From an uncultured Parachlamydiaceae bacterium (GTDB lineage Bacteria; Chlamydiota; Chlamydiia; Chlamydiales; Parachlamydiaceae), in contig CAVULX010000003.1 of assembly GCA_963742415.1 (NCBI GenBank), positions 672,001-736,000 on the forward strand: a stretch of 64,000 nt of DNA, given 5' to 3'. Below, piece after piece: positions 44,657 through 54,040 of the stretch. The position numbers and the translations under genes are program-made. Numbering within the stretch: the first letter of the stretch is position 1; every line of letters begins with the position of its first letter. The notes beneath the pieces were generated by a model. The model had not been told where the DNA came from and ran no database searches. It worked only from the letters and a program-made list of their open reading frames with translations.

Positions 44657-46825
44657 TTAGTCCAAGAGCGCGGTGGATTCTCTTTGATCGCTGATTAAAT
44701 CAAAGAGGGTCATGCCGGTATAGCCAATAGCTCCGACATCTCTCAACCATGCAGACATCCCTTCTCCAAAACGATCCCTTTCACTATGGGTATAGAAGAT
44801 ATCTAGAGGCATCGAAAAGCTCACACCTTTGTCGTGATAAGTTTTACCATTGATATGATCTTGTGCATTTGTCCATGTATACCAAATGTTCAACCGTAGG
44901 CCGCTAGGAAAATAACGGCTAACTTCAAAGCGGAAGCCCCAATCATTGGCCAAGAATTTTCCTGCTTTGACGCGGAAGTCGAGTTCGCAGGAGCACAAAT
45001 TATAATAAAAATTTAGAAAATATTGTTTTCCAATGAACTTTTTATAGGTCGATTCGAAGCCATGAAGCTTCCGGACCCGATCGGAAAAAGTCACACCTGT
45101 GTAGTTCCGTTTGCGCAGATAGGCTGTTTCTGCTCCAAAAGCCCAGCAAGATCTGACAGGATAATAAAGGAACTCAGTGGCGACACCTCCATAAGCTTCC
45201 TCAAAAAGGCCGGCAGAAACCCTTGAATACCATCCTCTCCCCATATTCCAGCTTTTTTGCACATAGGCTTCATCGAGAGAGATCCCTTTATGCTTGCTAT
45301 ACTCAATCGTGTCGGTTCTGACATTGATAAGCTGTGAAGGATTGAGCCGGTCGATCCCTGTGAGCCCTCGCATATTATTGAAGATGTTGATCCCGATTAA
45401 AGTGGAATAATAGACATCTTGGTACAAAAAGCCATTCAAGCCTAGATGAAGGCCTATGGCATATTTAAATTTACCTTTAGAGCTCCCAAAGAGGGTTTGC
45501 ACTTTGGGAAACAATTCGACATTCCAAAAATTGCGCCGATTTTTAAAGAGCAAAGCTGAATTGCAAGGGGAGGGATAGGTAACTTCTTGTAAGGGAGTCA
45601 AAAGATTCAGTTCATGTACTCCCATCTCTTCGATATTGTACAGATGGATATAATCCATGTTGTACCGATATTCTTGGATGGGGAACCCTTCGCTTTCGAT
45701 CACGATCACCACTTCGTCGACATCTTCTGGAATTAACGCTGAAACAAGGTGGTTTAAACGATCGCGAACCTCAGCCTCTTGACGGCAATTGTTGTTGATG
45801 ATCCGCAGCCTTAAGATCCTTCGAAGGCATTCGTCATAAGAAAGCCACACTTGCAATAAATCGAAACCCTGCTCTTCAAAGGGGTAAATCAAATCTTGCA
45901 CAAGAACGTCTTCAGGCCGGAGAATTCCCAAGGGTTCCGTGTTTGTAGGTGCAAGATAAGGCATCGGGTCATCTATTTTGGGAAGGATGCCTGTGGTATA
46001 GCCAAAATTATAAAAAGTGGAAAAAGCAAATGCAAGTTTTTGCCCTCGAACGTAGCTGAGGGTGAAGTCAAAATAGTCCCAAAGGCGATACTTTAGCCCA
46101 AAATTGAATGGGGTTTTTGTATTTCTCCCTTTGGGGTGATGTTCAATGTTATGTTTTCTATAGGGGGTAGCATCATATTCGGTCACAAGGCTCAAAGGCC
46201 GTAAATAGCACCAAGGGCATTTTCTGAAGGGAAACCAGGCCATGCCGCCGAACCACCGGTGGATCCGATGGTCTCCATAACCCAGGCTGACCTCCATGTC
46301 GTAATCTAAAAGAACCTGGGTCATCACGATGTAATAGGCATTGAAATTTTTTGTTCCGATAAAGTCTTCATAACCAATAGCGATACCTGGCAGGGTGTAG
46401 CCGCTATCTTCGGGAGAAAATATAGAAAACTTAACGTTAGCCCCTTTATCGGAAAGATCTCCGAAGCCCAATGGGGAAAGGACAGGATCTTCCACCCCCT
46501 TAAAAATCCGATAATCGCCGGAAATCTCAAGGCGGCGGGTCAGCTGAACTCGTAAGTTGTAATTGATATACGGCGGAACCCAGGAATAACCGAGTCCAAT
46601 TTCCCCATCATTGCCCATTCTGGCAGATGGCATGTTGAGATATCCGCCTTGTAAGAGGTGATCAAAGGTGACAGGAAGCCGATCATTGATTCTGCAATTC
46701 CAATAATTCACAATGGTGAGGTCTTTCATTAAATCGGCTTGGGTATCCCTAACTAGGGGTAAGTCCTGCGCGAGACAAAAATAGGGGAACGATAAAAGCA
46801 AAAACAAGCGATAAAAAAAAGACAT
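44657..46825 (-). CDS. YjbH/GfcD-family outer-membrane protein (exopolysaccharide/group 4 capsule associated)
   Basis: Signal peptide; G.LNMPSAR, DKGANVKF, PGIAIG.EDF.GT, EYD, G.FE..YGG...E.LY, GKFLA.D.G and DKG.SFSMP motifs. Confidence 0.85.
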   Translation of the reverse strand: MSFFYRLFLLLSFPYFCLAQDLPLVRDTQADLMKDLTIVNYWNCRINDRLPVTFDHLLQGGYLNMPSARMGNDGEIGLGYSWVPPYINYNLRVQLTRRLEISGDYRIFKGVEDPVLSPLGFGDLSDKGANVKFSIFSPEDSGYTLPGIAIGYEDFIGTKNFNAYYIVMTQVLLDYDMEVSLGYGDHRIHRWFGGMAWFPFRKCPWCYLRPLSLVTEYDATPYRKHNIEHHPKGRNTKTPFNFGLKYRLWDYFDFTLSYVRGQKLAFAFSTFYNFGYTTGILPKIDDPMPYLAPTNTEPLGILRPEDVLVQDLIYPFEEQGFDLLQVWLSYDECLRRILRLRIINNNCRQEAEVRDRLNHLVSALIPEDVDEVVIVIESEGFPIQEYRYNMDYIHLYNIEEMGVHELNLLTPLQEVTYPSPCNSALLFKNRRNFWNVELFPKVQTLFGSSKGKFKYAIGLHLGLNGFLYQDVYYSTLIGINIFNNMRGLTGIDRLNPSQLINVRTDTIEYSKHKGISLDEAYVQKSWNMGRGWYSRVSAGLFEEAYGGVATEFLYYPVRSCWAFGAETAYLRKRNYTGVTFSDRVRKLHGFESTYKKFIGKQYFLNFYYNLCSCELDFRVKAGKFLANDWGFRFEVSRYFPSGLRLNIWYTWTNAQDHINGKTYHDKGVSFSMPLDIFYTHSERDRFGEGMSAWLRDVGAIGYTGMTLFDLISDQRESTALLD

Positions 46826-46980
46826 GCGACTATTCAGATAAAATGAATATTAAATCATCTTAGAGAGTAAAAGGCAAGGAGTTCTCGACTTTAAAACTTA
46901 AGCCGGCCCGTTGGGCCTTGGAAAATCCTATGAACCCTTAATAGGGGGTTTTGGCATTTATTTTGCTTCTATAACCCTAA

Positions 46981-47010
46981 TTGAAACCAAATAATTATTA
47001 AAGGTATAAT
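46981..47010 (+). promoter_or_regulatory. Candidate sigma66/sigma70 promoter
   Basis: TTGAAA-18 bp-TATAAT followed by an AGGAG RBS. Confidence 0.6.
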
Positions 47011-47028
47011 AATCAGGAGGAGTATTTT

Positions 47029-48588
47029 ATGGGCAAGGATGATGAAATCACAAAAGAGCCACAAGGTCAACCATCCAATCTTCCCCCTCAGGCAAATTCG
47101 TCAGAAAATGCACAACATCCTAAATTTAAAGCGGTTATAAAAACTGGGACCAAAAAAGAAGGGGTTGCTGCCTCCGAAGCTAAGGTTGCCGGTTTGGCCG
47201 ATCTGCAAAAATTCAAGAAGGAAGAGGAGAAAATACACACCCGCTGGAAAAAGGTGATCGGTGAATTTGGAAAGACGCCTGAGACGGCCCTCTTACTTCA
47301 ATCTCTCGGACAACAAATGCAAAGGAGTGAAATAAGTTTAGCGGCTCATAAAGGGAAAATCATTTCAGTCGGGGATGAAAACAAGCGGATCTTTAAATTA
47401 GTCCAAGCGCATTTTGAGACAATTTCTAAGAAAACCATCGACGAAATAGAGCATTTATATCCCCACACCCTTCGACGGTTGTTCAATACTGCTTTAAGAG
47501 TCACAGAAGGGGATTGCGGCGAAAAAATTGAACATAAATTTGTTTTACACACTCAAGAATCCTCTTCATGGAAAACTGTATTTCCCCTTTTGTTGCTGGA
47601 AGCTTGTAGAAATTCTGCAAAAGGGCTTCCTTACCCGGAAATTTTTAACAAGCTCGTCAACAACCACCCTCAATGGAATAGGGTGATGGCTGGGCTCCAA
47701 TCCTTGTCCATACCTGAAATTGAGCATTTATTGTTGGAAGATACAGGGAATTTGAACCCCCAAACGGCTAAATGGAAACATCAAATTGAAGATCTAGGGA
47801 AACATGTCGATTGTGATCCTAAAACTCTTAAAGCGATCTCTTGGACATTTGAGCGTTATATCAGCCACTTATCCCACCCTTCGAGCCATCTAGTGCTCTT
47901 ATTTTTGAACATGAAATTCTACCATCGGGCTCTTGCTACGGCTGCAAACATGAAAAACCCAGCAGAAAAAACAAAAAGCCTTTTATTAGCTCTGGACGTC
48001 TTTCTAGAAAAAAAAGATATCACCCGGGCATTAGAATGCTGGGGCTTGCTTACTTCCAAAGGAGAGTGGATAAAAGCCTCTAGAAAAATAGAAAAGATGG
48101 TGGAAATTCTCATAGAAAATTCCCAAGTGGATCAAATCATGTCCTTAGCTAATATGGCTCATGATGATGCAGAGAGGGATATTGCGCTAAAAGAAGTGTC
48201 TCAATGTCTGATTAAATACCGATTTTATGATCAGGGATTGAAAGCAGCTAATTTGATTCGTGACGAAGATATCAGGGACCAAACCTTGAGCAACCTAGTC
48301 CATGTATTAGCTGGGCAAAAACAATTTAAAAAAGCTAAAGAATTGCTCCCCTCCATTCACGATGCAGGTTTCAGAGAAGATGGTGTCATGTACATTGTTA
48401 AAGCGTACTTGGCTTTAAGATATGTGGATGAAGCTGTCCATTTTATTGAAGCGATGCCTATTAAACAAGAAAAAGCAAAGCCTGCACGGCTTATTGAAAG
48501 TGCCTTGAAAGCCTTTCATATGGATGAAAAAGTCCGCAAATTGCGTCAAACGCTCCTCTTCCAAATGCCTCAACGCTTCGTGGCTTGA
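47029..48588 (+). CDS. Alpha-helical protein with TPR-like C-terminal repeats, putative effector
   Basis: Disordered N-terminus; repeated A..I.D...RD..L helical units. Confidence 0.7.
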   Translation: MGKDDEITKEPQGQPSNLPPQANSSENAQHPKFKAVIKTGTKKEGVAASEAKVAGLADLQKFKKEEEKIHTRWKKVIGEFGKTPETALLLQSLGQQMQRSEISLAAHKGKIISVGDENKRIFKLVQAHFETISKKTIDEIEHLYPHTLRRLFNTALRVTEGDCGEKIEHKFVLHTQESSSWKTVFPLLLLEACRNSAKGLPYPEIFNKLVNNHPQWNRVMAGLQSLSIPEIEHLLLEDTGNLNPQTAKWKHQIEDLGKHVDCDPKTLKAISWTFERYISHLSHPSSHLVLLFLNMKFYHRALATAANMKNPAEKTKSLLLALDVFLEKKDITRALECWGLLTSKGEWIKASRKIEKMVEILIENSQVDQIMSLANMAHDDAERDIALKEVSQCLIKYRFYDQGLKAANLIRDEDIRDQTLSNLVHVLAGQKQFKKAKELLPSIHDAGFREDGVMYIVKAYLALRYVDEAVHFIEAMPIKQEKAKPARLIESALKAFHMDEKVRKLRQTLLFQMPQRFVA

Positions 48589-48599
48589 TGGTTTTGTTT

Positions 48600-49991
48600 C
48601 TATCCGAGAACTTCTTTGGCATACTGTTTGAGCCCTTTTTTCATGATTTCTGTCATTTCTATTTTAGAAGGGCAGACAAAGGTAGGCAGGGCAAAATCTT
48701 CACTATCAACTTCGAGCAAGCCATAAGTATCGGCAAGCTCGAAATCTTCAGCCATCACCGCTTTGACCAAGAGCATTGTAGGAACATCCAAGGGCATCAC
48801 CTTATCGCACAAGGTGCTGTCGATAAAGGCGCGATGTTCCCCGTGCAAACTCGTTGTAAAGTCATACTCCCTCGTCCGATTGTCAAAATGCCCTGTCATA
48901 TAAGCACGGCTAAAAGAATAGGTATCGAGGCCTAATCTGAAAAAATGTAAAAATTCGCGGCTGGTGCTATCAGGTATCACACAAAAGACATAATCATGAA
49001 ATCCCAAAAAGTCGTCGGTAGAAACTTGATGGCCCATTAAAGGATCGCCAGAAACAAAGCGCAATTTCCCTTTTTGTATTCTACCGGCAATGGGAGCTTC
49101 TATAGGGTATCCATGGCGCACTTTAAAATATCCGACTCTGTCTTCCAAGATTCCTGGACCAGCTATACTGATCACCCGGTCGATCAAGTATTTCCCGTTG
49201 AGGAGCAGGTGGCCGATCCCTGCAACAGTATGGGCGTTAACTGTCCAGACTAAACTATCGGGTTTGGAGATCCTATCGATAAACTGAATGTGCAAGGATT
49301 GGTTTGCGATGGGATGGGGCCCTTCTGCGGTGTGTTTTTGAACATGCTTTGCTTCTGTCAATGCTTTGCTTGAGGTCTCTTTGTTATAAACGAGATGGAC
49401 CTTCCCCGTAGTCAATTTACTAAGAGCTGTCAACCCTGCTTGGAATTCTTTTTCATGACCGAGGAGCTGCAGTTCGGCAGGGGGGGTAAAAGGGGCAGAT
49501 TCTAATCCTTTGACAAAGATGCTTCGGGGTTGTTGTTCGGGATTTGCTAAAAGATTGAAAGGCCTTGAGCGGATCGAAGCAAACATTCCCCCTTCTTTTA
49601 ACCTTTCGATGATTTGCTCTCGAGTGGCTTTTTCGGGATCCATCGGAGGAAATGTAAGCCATTCTTCTTGCTTGGCCACTTGGATGACGATATCTCTTAA
49701 TGCTCTTTTCAGTCCTCTCCGGATCTCTTTGACAACCCCGGCGGCTGGGGACACAAACATTCGGCCCGGAAAAGATTTATCTTCAGCTAGAGGTTGTCCG
49801 ACTTTAACCACATCGTCCTCTTTGACGAGCAAGCGAAATTTGACATCTTCAAAAGGAGATAGATTAAGGGAGACAAAAGGGGGAGCTGGGAGGGAAGATG
49901 ATTCCCCGCTTAAGATAAGAGGTTTTAACCCTCCGGTAGGCTTCCCTTTGATGGGAATATCTAACCCTTTTTTAATTTTGATATGGACCAT
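48600..49991 (-). CDS. nqrA: Na+-translocating NADH:quinone reductase subunit A
   Basis: IKIKKGLDIPI.G, FVSPAAG, RSRPF, GPHP and EDFALPTFVCPSK motifs. Confidence 0.95.
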   Translation of the reverse strand: MVHIKIKKGLDIPIKGKPTGGLKPLILSGESSSLPAPPFVSLNLSPFEDVKFRLLVKEDDVVKVGQPLAEDKSFPGRMFVSPAAGVVKEIRRGLKRALRDIVIQVAKQEEWLTFPPMDPEKATREQIIERLKEGGMFASIRSRPFNLLANPEQQPRSIFVKGLESAPFTPPAELQLLGHEKEFQAGLTALSKLTTGKVHLVYNKETSSKALTEAKHVQKHTAEGPHPIANQSLHIQFIDRISKPDSLVWTVNAHTVAGIGHLLLNGKYLIDRVISIAGPGILEDRVGYFKVRHGYPIEAPIAGRIQKGKLRFVSGDPLMGHQVSTDDFLGFHDYVFCVIPDSTSREFLHFFRLGLDTYSFSRAYMTGHFDNRTREYDFTTSLHGEHRAFIDSTLCDKVMPLDVPTMLLVKAVMAEDFELADTYGLLEVDSEDFALPTFVCPSKIEMTEIMKKGLKQYAKEVLG

Positions 49992-50012
49992 ACGACTCCA
50001 TTAAGATATAGC

Positions 50013-50056
50013 TACCGAACGCAGCTCCAAATTCCAATTTTGAATTACGTTCGGTA
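50013..50056 (-). promoter_or_regulatory. Hairpin in the nqrA leader
   Basis: taccgaacg...cgttcggta 9-bp perfect stem, extended by G-U pairs on the minus-strand transcript; about 20 nt upstream of the ATG. Confidence 0.5.
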
Positions 50057-50177
50057 TAGACGAAAGTTACTAAAAATGAACCATTACGGGCAATATCTTT
50101 CAAAATCGTATACAGCAGAGGGCATAGAACTTTGTTTTTTCTTTGCCTAAAAATTGAGTTGCCCTCAGTAAAATGTT

Positions 50178-50258
50178 CGAAATAATGAAATTAGATTGCT
50201 TTTGCATGAAATTTGGAGTATACTCCCAATTAAGACACAAAAAATTGGAGTGTATTCC
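50178..50258. promoter_or_regulatory. Tandem palindromic operator-like boxes, copy 2
   Basis: GGAGTATACTCC (50215) and GGAGTGTATTCC (50247), 32 bp apart; cgaaataatgaaatt matches 44308-44322 at 14/15. Confidence 0.7.
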
Positions 50259-50260
50259 AA

Positions 50261-51472
50261 GTGTTCCGTTTTACTACTGAAACGTTTCACCGCCTTATTG
50301 AGAATCTAGATTTATCTCAAAGACGATACCTTTATCCTTCCTTTAATCTACGTAATAGATTGACAGGGCTCATTGGACCTCGCGGGGTGGGTAAAACAAC
50401 TTTATTACTCCAATACATTAAAAATGAGTTGTTTAAGGAAGGCAAATGCTTTTATTTTTCAGCCGATCTTATCTATTTTCAACAAACTACTCTACTGGAT
50501 TTCGTTAGCAATCTTCATTTAGTTGAAGGATATCGAATTATTTTTATTGATGAAATTCACAAATACCAGGGATGGAATCAAGAATTAAAAAACCTTTATG
50601 ATGCCTTTCCTTCACTTAAAATCGTGTTTTCAGGCAGTTCTATGCTTGATCTCGTAGAAGGTAGTCATGATTTGTCCCGTCGAGCCAAATTGTATCGTTT
50701 ACATGGACTATCTTTTAGAGAATATCTTAACTTTGCTTTGAATCTCGATTTAAAGACAGTTTCTTTCCAAGAAATTCTCGAAGATGCAGCAGCCTCTATA
50801 AGTCAGTTGAAAGGGGTTGATAGAATATTGCCCCATTTTGAAGATTATTTAAAAAACGGATACTATCCTTTTATGTTCGAAGATCCTCATTCTTATTATG
50901 AAAAGATATCTAGGGTCATTGACAAAACCGTTTTTGAAGACATAGCTAATTATTATAATCTGAAAACACCCAATCTCCAATATTTTAAGAGGCTATTAAC
51001 CTATCCTGCCTCAATGCCTCCTGGAGATCTCAATATGAACAATTTAGCAAAGAATTTAGGGATCGATCACAAAACTGTTGAACATTATATAACAATCTTA
51101 GCTTCGGTTGGATTGATTAGAGAAATGCGTCCTTATGAAGGAGGAAGTTCTGGCTTGCGAAAGCCTTTAAAAATTCTTCTAAACAATACTAATTTAATTC
51201 ATACGATGCAACAATATCTAGGCCAACAGCCTTCAAAAGGGATGGAAAGAGAATTATTTTTTATTCAATCTTTGCAAAATGCGGGTATTGAAATTTTTTA
51301 CTCTAAGCAAGCAGATTATAGAACCCGTCAAGTTGTATTTGAGATTGGTGGAAAGAATAAAACGAGGAATCAGTTAAGTACGATAAAAGAGCCTTCTTAT
51401 TTGGTTAAAGACAATATTCTTCATCCCCTTAAAAGAGAAATTCCGCTTTTCCTTTTTGGGTTTCTCTATTAA
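50261..51472 (+). CDS. AAA+ ATPase (AAA_14/DUF4143 type)
   Basis: GPRGVGKTT, FIDEIH, SGSS, GLSFREYL, GYYP, central wHTH-like segment, RE.FF and C-terminal D....FEIGG. Confidence 0.9.
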   Translation: MFRFTTETFHRLIENLDLSQRRYLYPSFNLRNRLTGLIGPRGVGKTTLLLQYIKNELFKEGKCFYFSADLIYFQQTTLLDFVSNLHLVEGYRIIFIDEIHKYQGWNQELKNLYDAFPSLKIVFSGSSMLDLVEGSHDLSRRAKLYRLHGLSFREYLNFALNLDLKTVSFQEILEDAAASISQLKGVDRILPHFEDYLKNGYYPFMFEDPHSYYEKISRVIDKTVFEDIANYYNLKTPNLQYFKRLLTYPASMPPGDLNMNNLAKNLGIDHKTVEHYITILASVGLIREMRPYEGGSSGLRKPLKILLNNTNLIHTMQQYLGQQPSKGMERELFFIQSLQNAGIEIFYSKQADYRTRQVVFEIGGKNKTRNQLSTIKEPSYLVKDNILHPLKREIPLFLFGFLY

Positions 51473-51539
51473 CCTGAACTTTGGGTTTTTTTGCCCTTTG
51501 ACGCAGCCCAAAGGGCAGAAAAATCCAAAGTTCAGGTTA
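51470..51539. repeat. Palindromic element B, full copy (31-bp arms, 8-nt loop)
   Basis: taacctgaactttgggtttttttgccctttg / caaagggcagaaaaatccaaagttcaggtta pair at 29/31; both mismatches are G-U on the + strand. Confidence 0.9.
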
Positions 51540-51654
51540 TTAATTGCTGGTGAACAGATGCGATTTTGCTTTTTTTGACCAAATACGCAACGACATGAGG
51601 CAGTTTCTGCAGGAAAACGATATTGACGCCAACTAGCAAGAAGCTTTTGAAGGA

Positions 51655-52122
51655 TCAACCTTTTATTGGTAGGTAAATTTTGGTTGCTTTCACTTCAGCA
51701 GAGTCATCTAAAAAATTAGTATACTCACAAAAAAGTGGAACTGTAGAAAGGGTGCAGCCAGAAGTAGGAAGCCATTCATGAAAAATTTTATTACAGGTTA
51801 CGCTTAATTCAGAATATGGGCCATTAATAGCAAATACGGCAAAACGTCCTCCTTCGAGCTCTTTTTTCTGGGTGTATTCATCCAGCTCGATTTCATCTTG
51901 TGGTCTTATCTTCGCACATGCATCAAAGCGGCACGCCTTGCTTTCTGTCTCATTAGGATTATCTAAACCCATCCCATAAATATTTTTGATTTCTTGAACT
52001 TTTCTTCCTTGAAGAAAACTAATAAGTTTCTTAAAAGCAATCTCTGGAGTCTCTTTATAATCTCCAGTTTCCCGAACATATAATACTATTTCTGTTTGTC
52101 GTTCTATAATCTCTGGCTGCAT
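51655..52122 (-). CDS. GyrI-like small-molecule binding protein
   Basis: G..LDNP, CRFDAC, GGRFAVF...GPY, WLP.SG, EY and TKIYLP motifs; AGGAG RBS before ATG 52122. Confidence 0.88.
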   Translation of the reverse strand: MQPEIIERQTEIVLYVRETGDYKETPEIAFKKLISFLQGRKVQEIKNIYGMGLDNPNETESKACRFDACAKIRPQDEIELDEYTQKKELEGGRFAVFAINGPYSELSVTCNKIFHEWLPTSGCTLSTVPLFCEYTNFLDDSAEVKATKIYLPIKG

Positions 52123-52288
52123 AAAACTGTGCTCCTGTTTTTTATGATTATTACAAACATTTTGAAATTTGATCAAAAAAAAAGTCAACTTCTTACTCCT
52201 TCACGGCTGAAAAAACAAAAGCTTGCCAACAGTGGCAATTATACCCGCAAGATGGTTTAGCGCTTTTTTGCGGAAAGCAGAAGAAAAA

Positions 52289-52479
52289 TATATGCATTTG
52301 GCAGATCTTAAATCCTATCTTGACGCTGATAAAAAGTTGTTTGAACTATATTCCAAACCCAACGAATGGGCTCATAAAGCTATTCTCAATGTGGCTGCTT
52401 CTGAAAATTTTCGAGTGATCGTACTATTGCTGAGTATGCATCGGATATCTGGAATGCCAAGCCATGCCCCGTTGTTTAA
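52289..52479 (+). pseudogene. glgP: 3' remnant of glycogen phosphorylase
   Basis: YMHLADLKSYLDAD...WAHKAILNVAAS-(frameshift)-FSSDRTIAEYASDIWNAKPCPVV*. Confidence 0.88.
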
Positions 52480-52561
52480 ATTGTTTTTTTGGTGAAGTGT
52501 TGACACTAAAATGAAAACTATCATATCTATCGTTTGTATGATCTGATCAGGGGGGGGATTT

Positions 52562-53455
52562 ATGTTTAAAAATCTGATTATAGCTATTTTATGTTTTCAG
52601 GGTTTGCTTGGATCTCTTTCGGCTATTGACAATGGAAGCGACAAAGAAAAAGTGCTTCAACGGCTTCAGGATTTAACGGCAGCCATTAATAGAGATAATG
52701 AGGATGTTCTTCCATCTTTTTTGACAGAGGATGTGGAATTTTCAAACCGCCTTACCGGAGAAGTTCTTGAAGGAAAAGAGAAAATCGCTAAATTTATTCA
52801 AGAGAGAGCGAAAGAAATTAACAAGAGGCAATTAACTTTCTCCTTTAAAGCGGAAAAAGTAGATTTTCCAGATCCGGATGTAGCTATTGTTGAGGGACTT
52901 TCAGAAATATCTGACAAAAAAGCCTTGCTGCAGCGAAATGCGCGTAAGATAGAGTTAGTCAAAGAGAATGGTCAGTGGTTCATAGACACTATTAGAGAAA
53001 TTGAAGTTGCTCCCCCGCCCCCCATATATAAATATTTGAAGGGATTAGAATGGCTGATTGGGAAATGGAAAGACCAGGATGATGATGTCTCAATCACATT
53101 TGCGACGAAGTGGGATAAATTTAAAAATTTCATTGTCCAACGATTTAAAATGGAAGTTTATGACACATTAGAAATGGAAGGGATTCAAATAATCGGGTGG
53201 GATCCCATTGAACAAAAAATTCGCTCATGGGTTTATGATTCGGACGGAGGTTTTGGAAGCGGGGTCTGGTCAAAGAGTGGGAACAATTGGAATGCAGTGT
53301 TGAATTATGTTTTAAGCGATGGAAAAAAAGCATCTGCCACATATTCCTACACGGAAATTAATGATAAAAGCTACAGCTTCACTGCCACCAACCGAACAAT
53401 TAATGGCAAAGAGCTTCCGAACATTGAGCCTGTAACTGTTGTAAAGGAGGAGTAA
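52562..53455 (+). CDS. Secreted SnoaL/NTF2-like (DUF4440, SgcJ/EcaC-type) two-domain protein
   Basis: Signal peptide; FLTED...G...I and VKENGQWFI, then LEWLIG.W...IGWDP...IRSW.YDSDGGFG.G.W. Confidence 0.75.
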   Translation: MFKNLIIAILCFQGLLGSLSAIDNGSDKEKVLQRLQDLTAAINRDNEDVLPSFLTEDVEFSNRLTGEVLEGKEKIAKFIQERAKEINKRQLTFSFKAEKVDFPDPDVAIVEGLSEISDKKALLQRNARKIELVKENGQWFIDTIREIEVAPPPPIYKYLKGLEWLIGKWKDQDDDVSITFATKWDKFKNFIVQRFKMEVYDTLEMEGIQIIGWDPIEQKIRSWVYDSDGGFGSGVWSKSGNNWNAVLNYVLSDGKKASATYSYTEINDKSYSFTATNRTINGKELPNIEPVTVVKEE

Positions 53456-53456
53456 T

Positions 53457-53798
53457 ATGTGCAAGTATTTAACCATTTTCTTAACAACATTGACTGTTTT
53501 ATTGTCTTTACTGAACCTCGATGGAAGTGACGCTATAATTGCAAGAGGCGGTGGAAGAGGCGGTGGCGGTGGAAGAGGCGGTGGGGGTGCAAGAGGTGTT
53601 GGGGGTGGTGTAGGAAGAGCTCCGGTCGCCAGGGGGGCAATTCAAAGAACTCCTACCATGAGTAGAGCCGGGGCTGCTGTTGCCGGAGCTGCCGTTGCAA
53701 GATCTCGCACATCCGATTACTATCCGACAACGCCTTATTATAATACCTCATTGCCAGATTACACTCTCTATCCTCAAACGGGATATCCACCGTATTAA
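53457..53798 (+). CDS. Small secreted Gly/Arg-rich (RGG) protein with Tyr/Pro-rich tail
   Basis: Signal peptide; RGGGRGGGGGRGGGG; RTPTMSR; starts 1 bp after the previous stop. Confidence 0.7.
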   Translation: MCKYLTIFLTTLTVLLSLLNLDGSDAIIARGGGRGGGGGRGGGGARGVGGGVGRAPVARGAIQRTPTMSRAGAAVAGAAVARSRTSDYYPTTPYYNTSLPDYTLYPQTGYPPY

Positions 53799-53831
53799 CC
53801 TGAACTTTGGTTTTTTTTGCCCTTTGGCGAG
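53793..53831. repeat. Palindromic element B, left arm only
   Basis: 53793-53826 matches 51467-51500 at 33/34; contains the TAA of the Gly-rich gene. Confidence 0.9.
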
Positions 53832-53838
53832 GATTTTA

Positions 53839-54040
53839 TCAAATCCGCGCAGATTCGCTTTCCATGACGATGTCATATTAGCCTAGGACAGCCGCGCTGT
53901 CGCACTTGGCCCGATGATAAAATGCCTGCTGACCTGCTTTGAAGTTTTCCTCCTTGCCGTACCAAGCTTTTAGCGCTTCGTCTTGCAACGCCCGCCCGTA
54001 CGTACGAAAAACTGAGCTTCCAAGGCTTTGTTCCCTCATT
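53839..54040 (-). pseudogene. 3' remnant of a class I (animal/plant-type) fructose-bisphosphate aldolase
   Basis: KPWKLSFSY-(GTAC duplication)-GRALQDEALKAWYGKEEN.KAGQQAFYHRAK.DSAAVLG*YDIVMESES. Confidence 0.88.

Noticed and set aside
46905..46917. ggccc-gtt-gggcc mini-hairpin as a REP
   Set aside because: Only a 5-bp stem and a single copy in the window; not distinguishable from chance.
51470..51539. Element B as an integron attC site (AAC...GTT ends)
   Set aside because: Stem is continuous with no extrahelical bases or unpaired spacer, GTTATTA does not fit GTTRRRY, and no integron integrase is in the window.
51374..51658. 94-aa minus-strand ORF containing NLNFGF...PKFRL
   Set aside because: Translation of palindromic element B plus antisense ATPase sequence.
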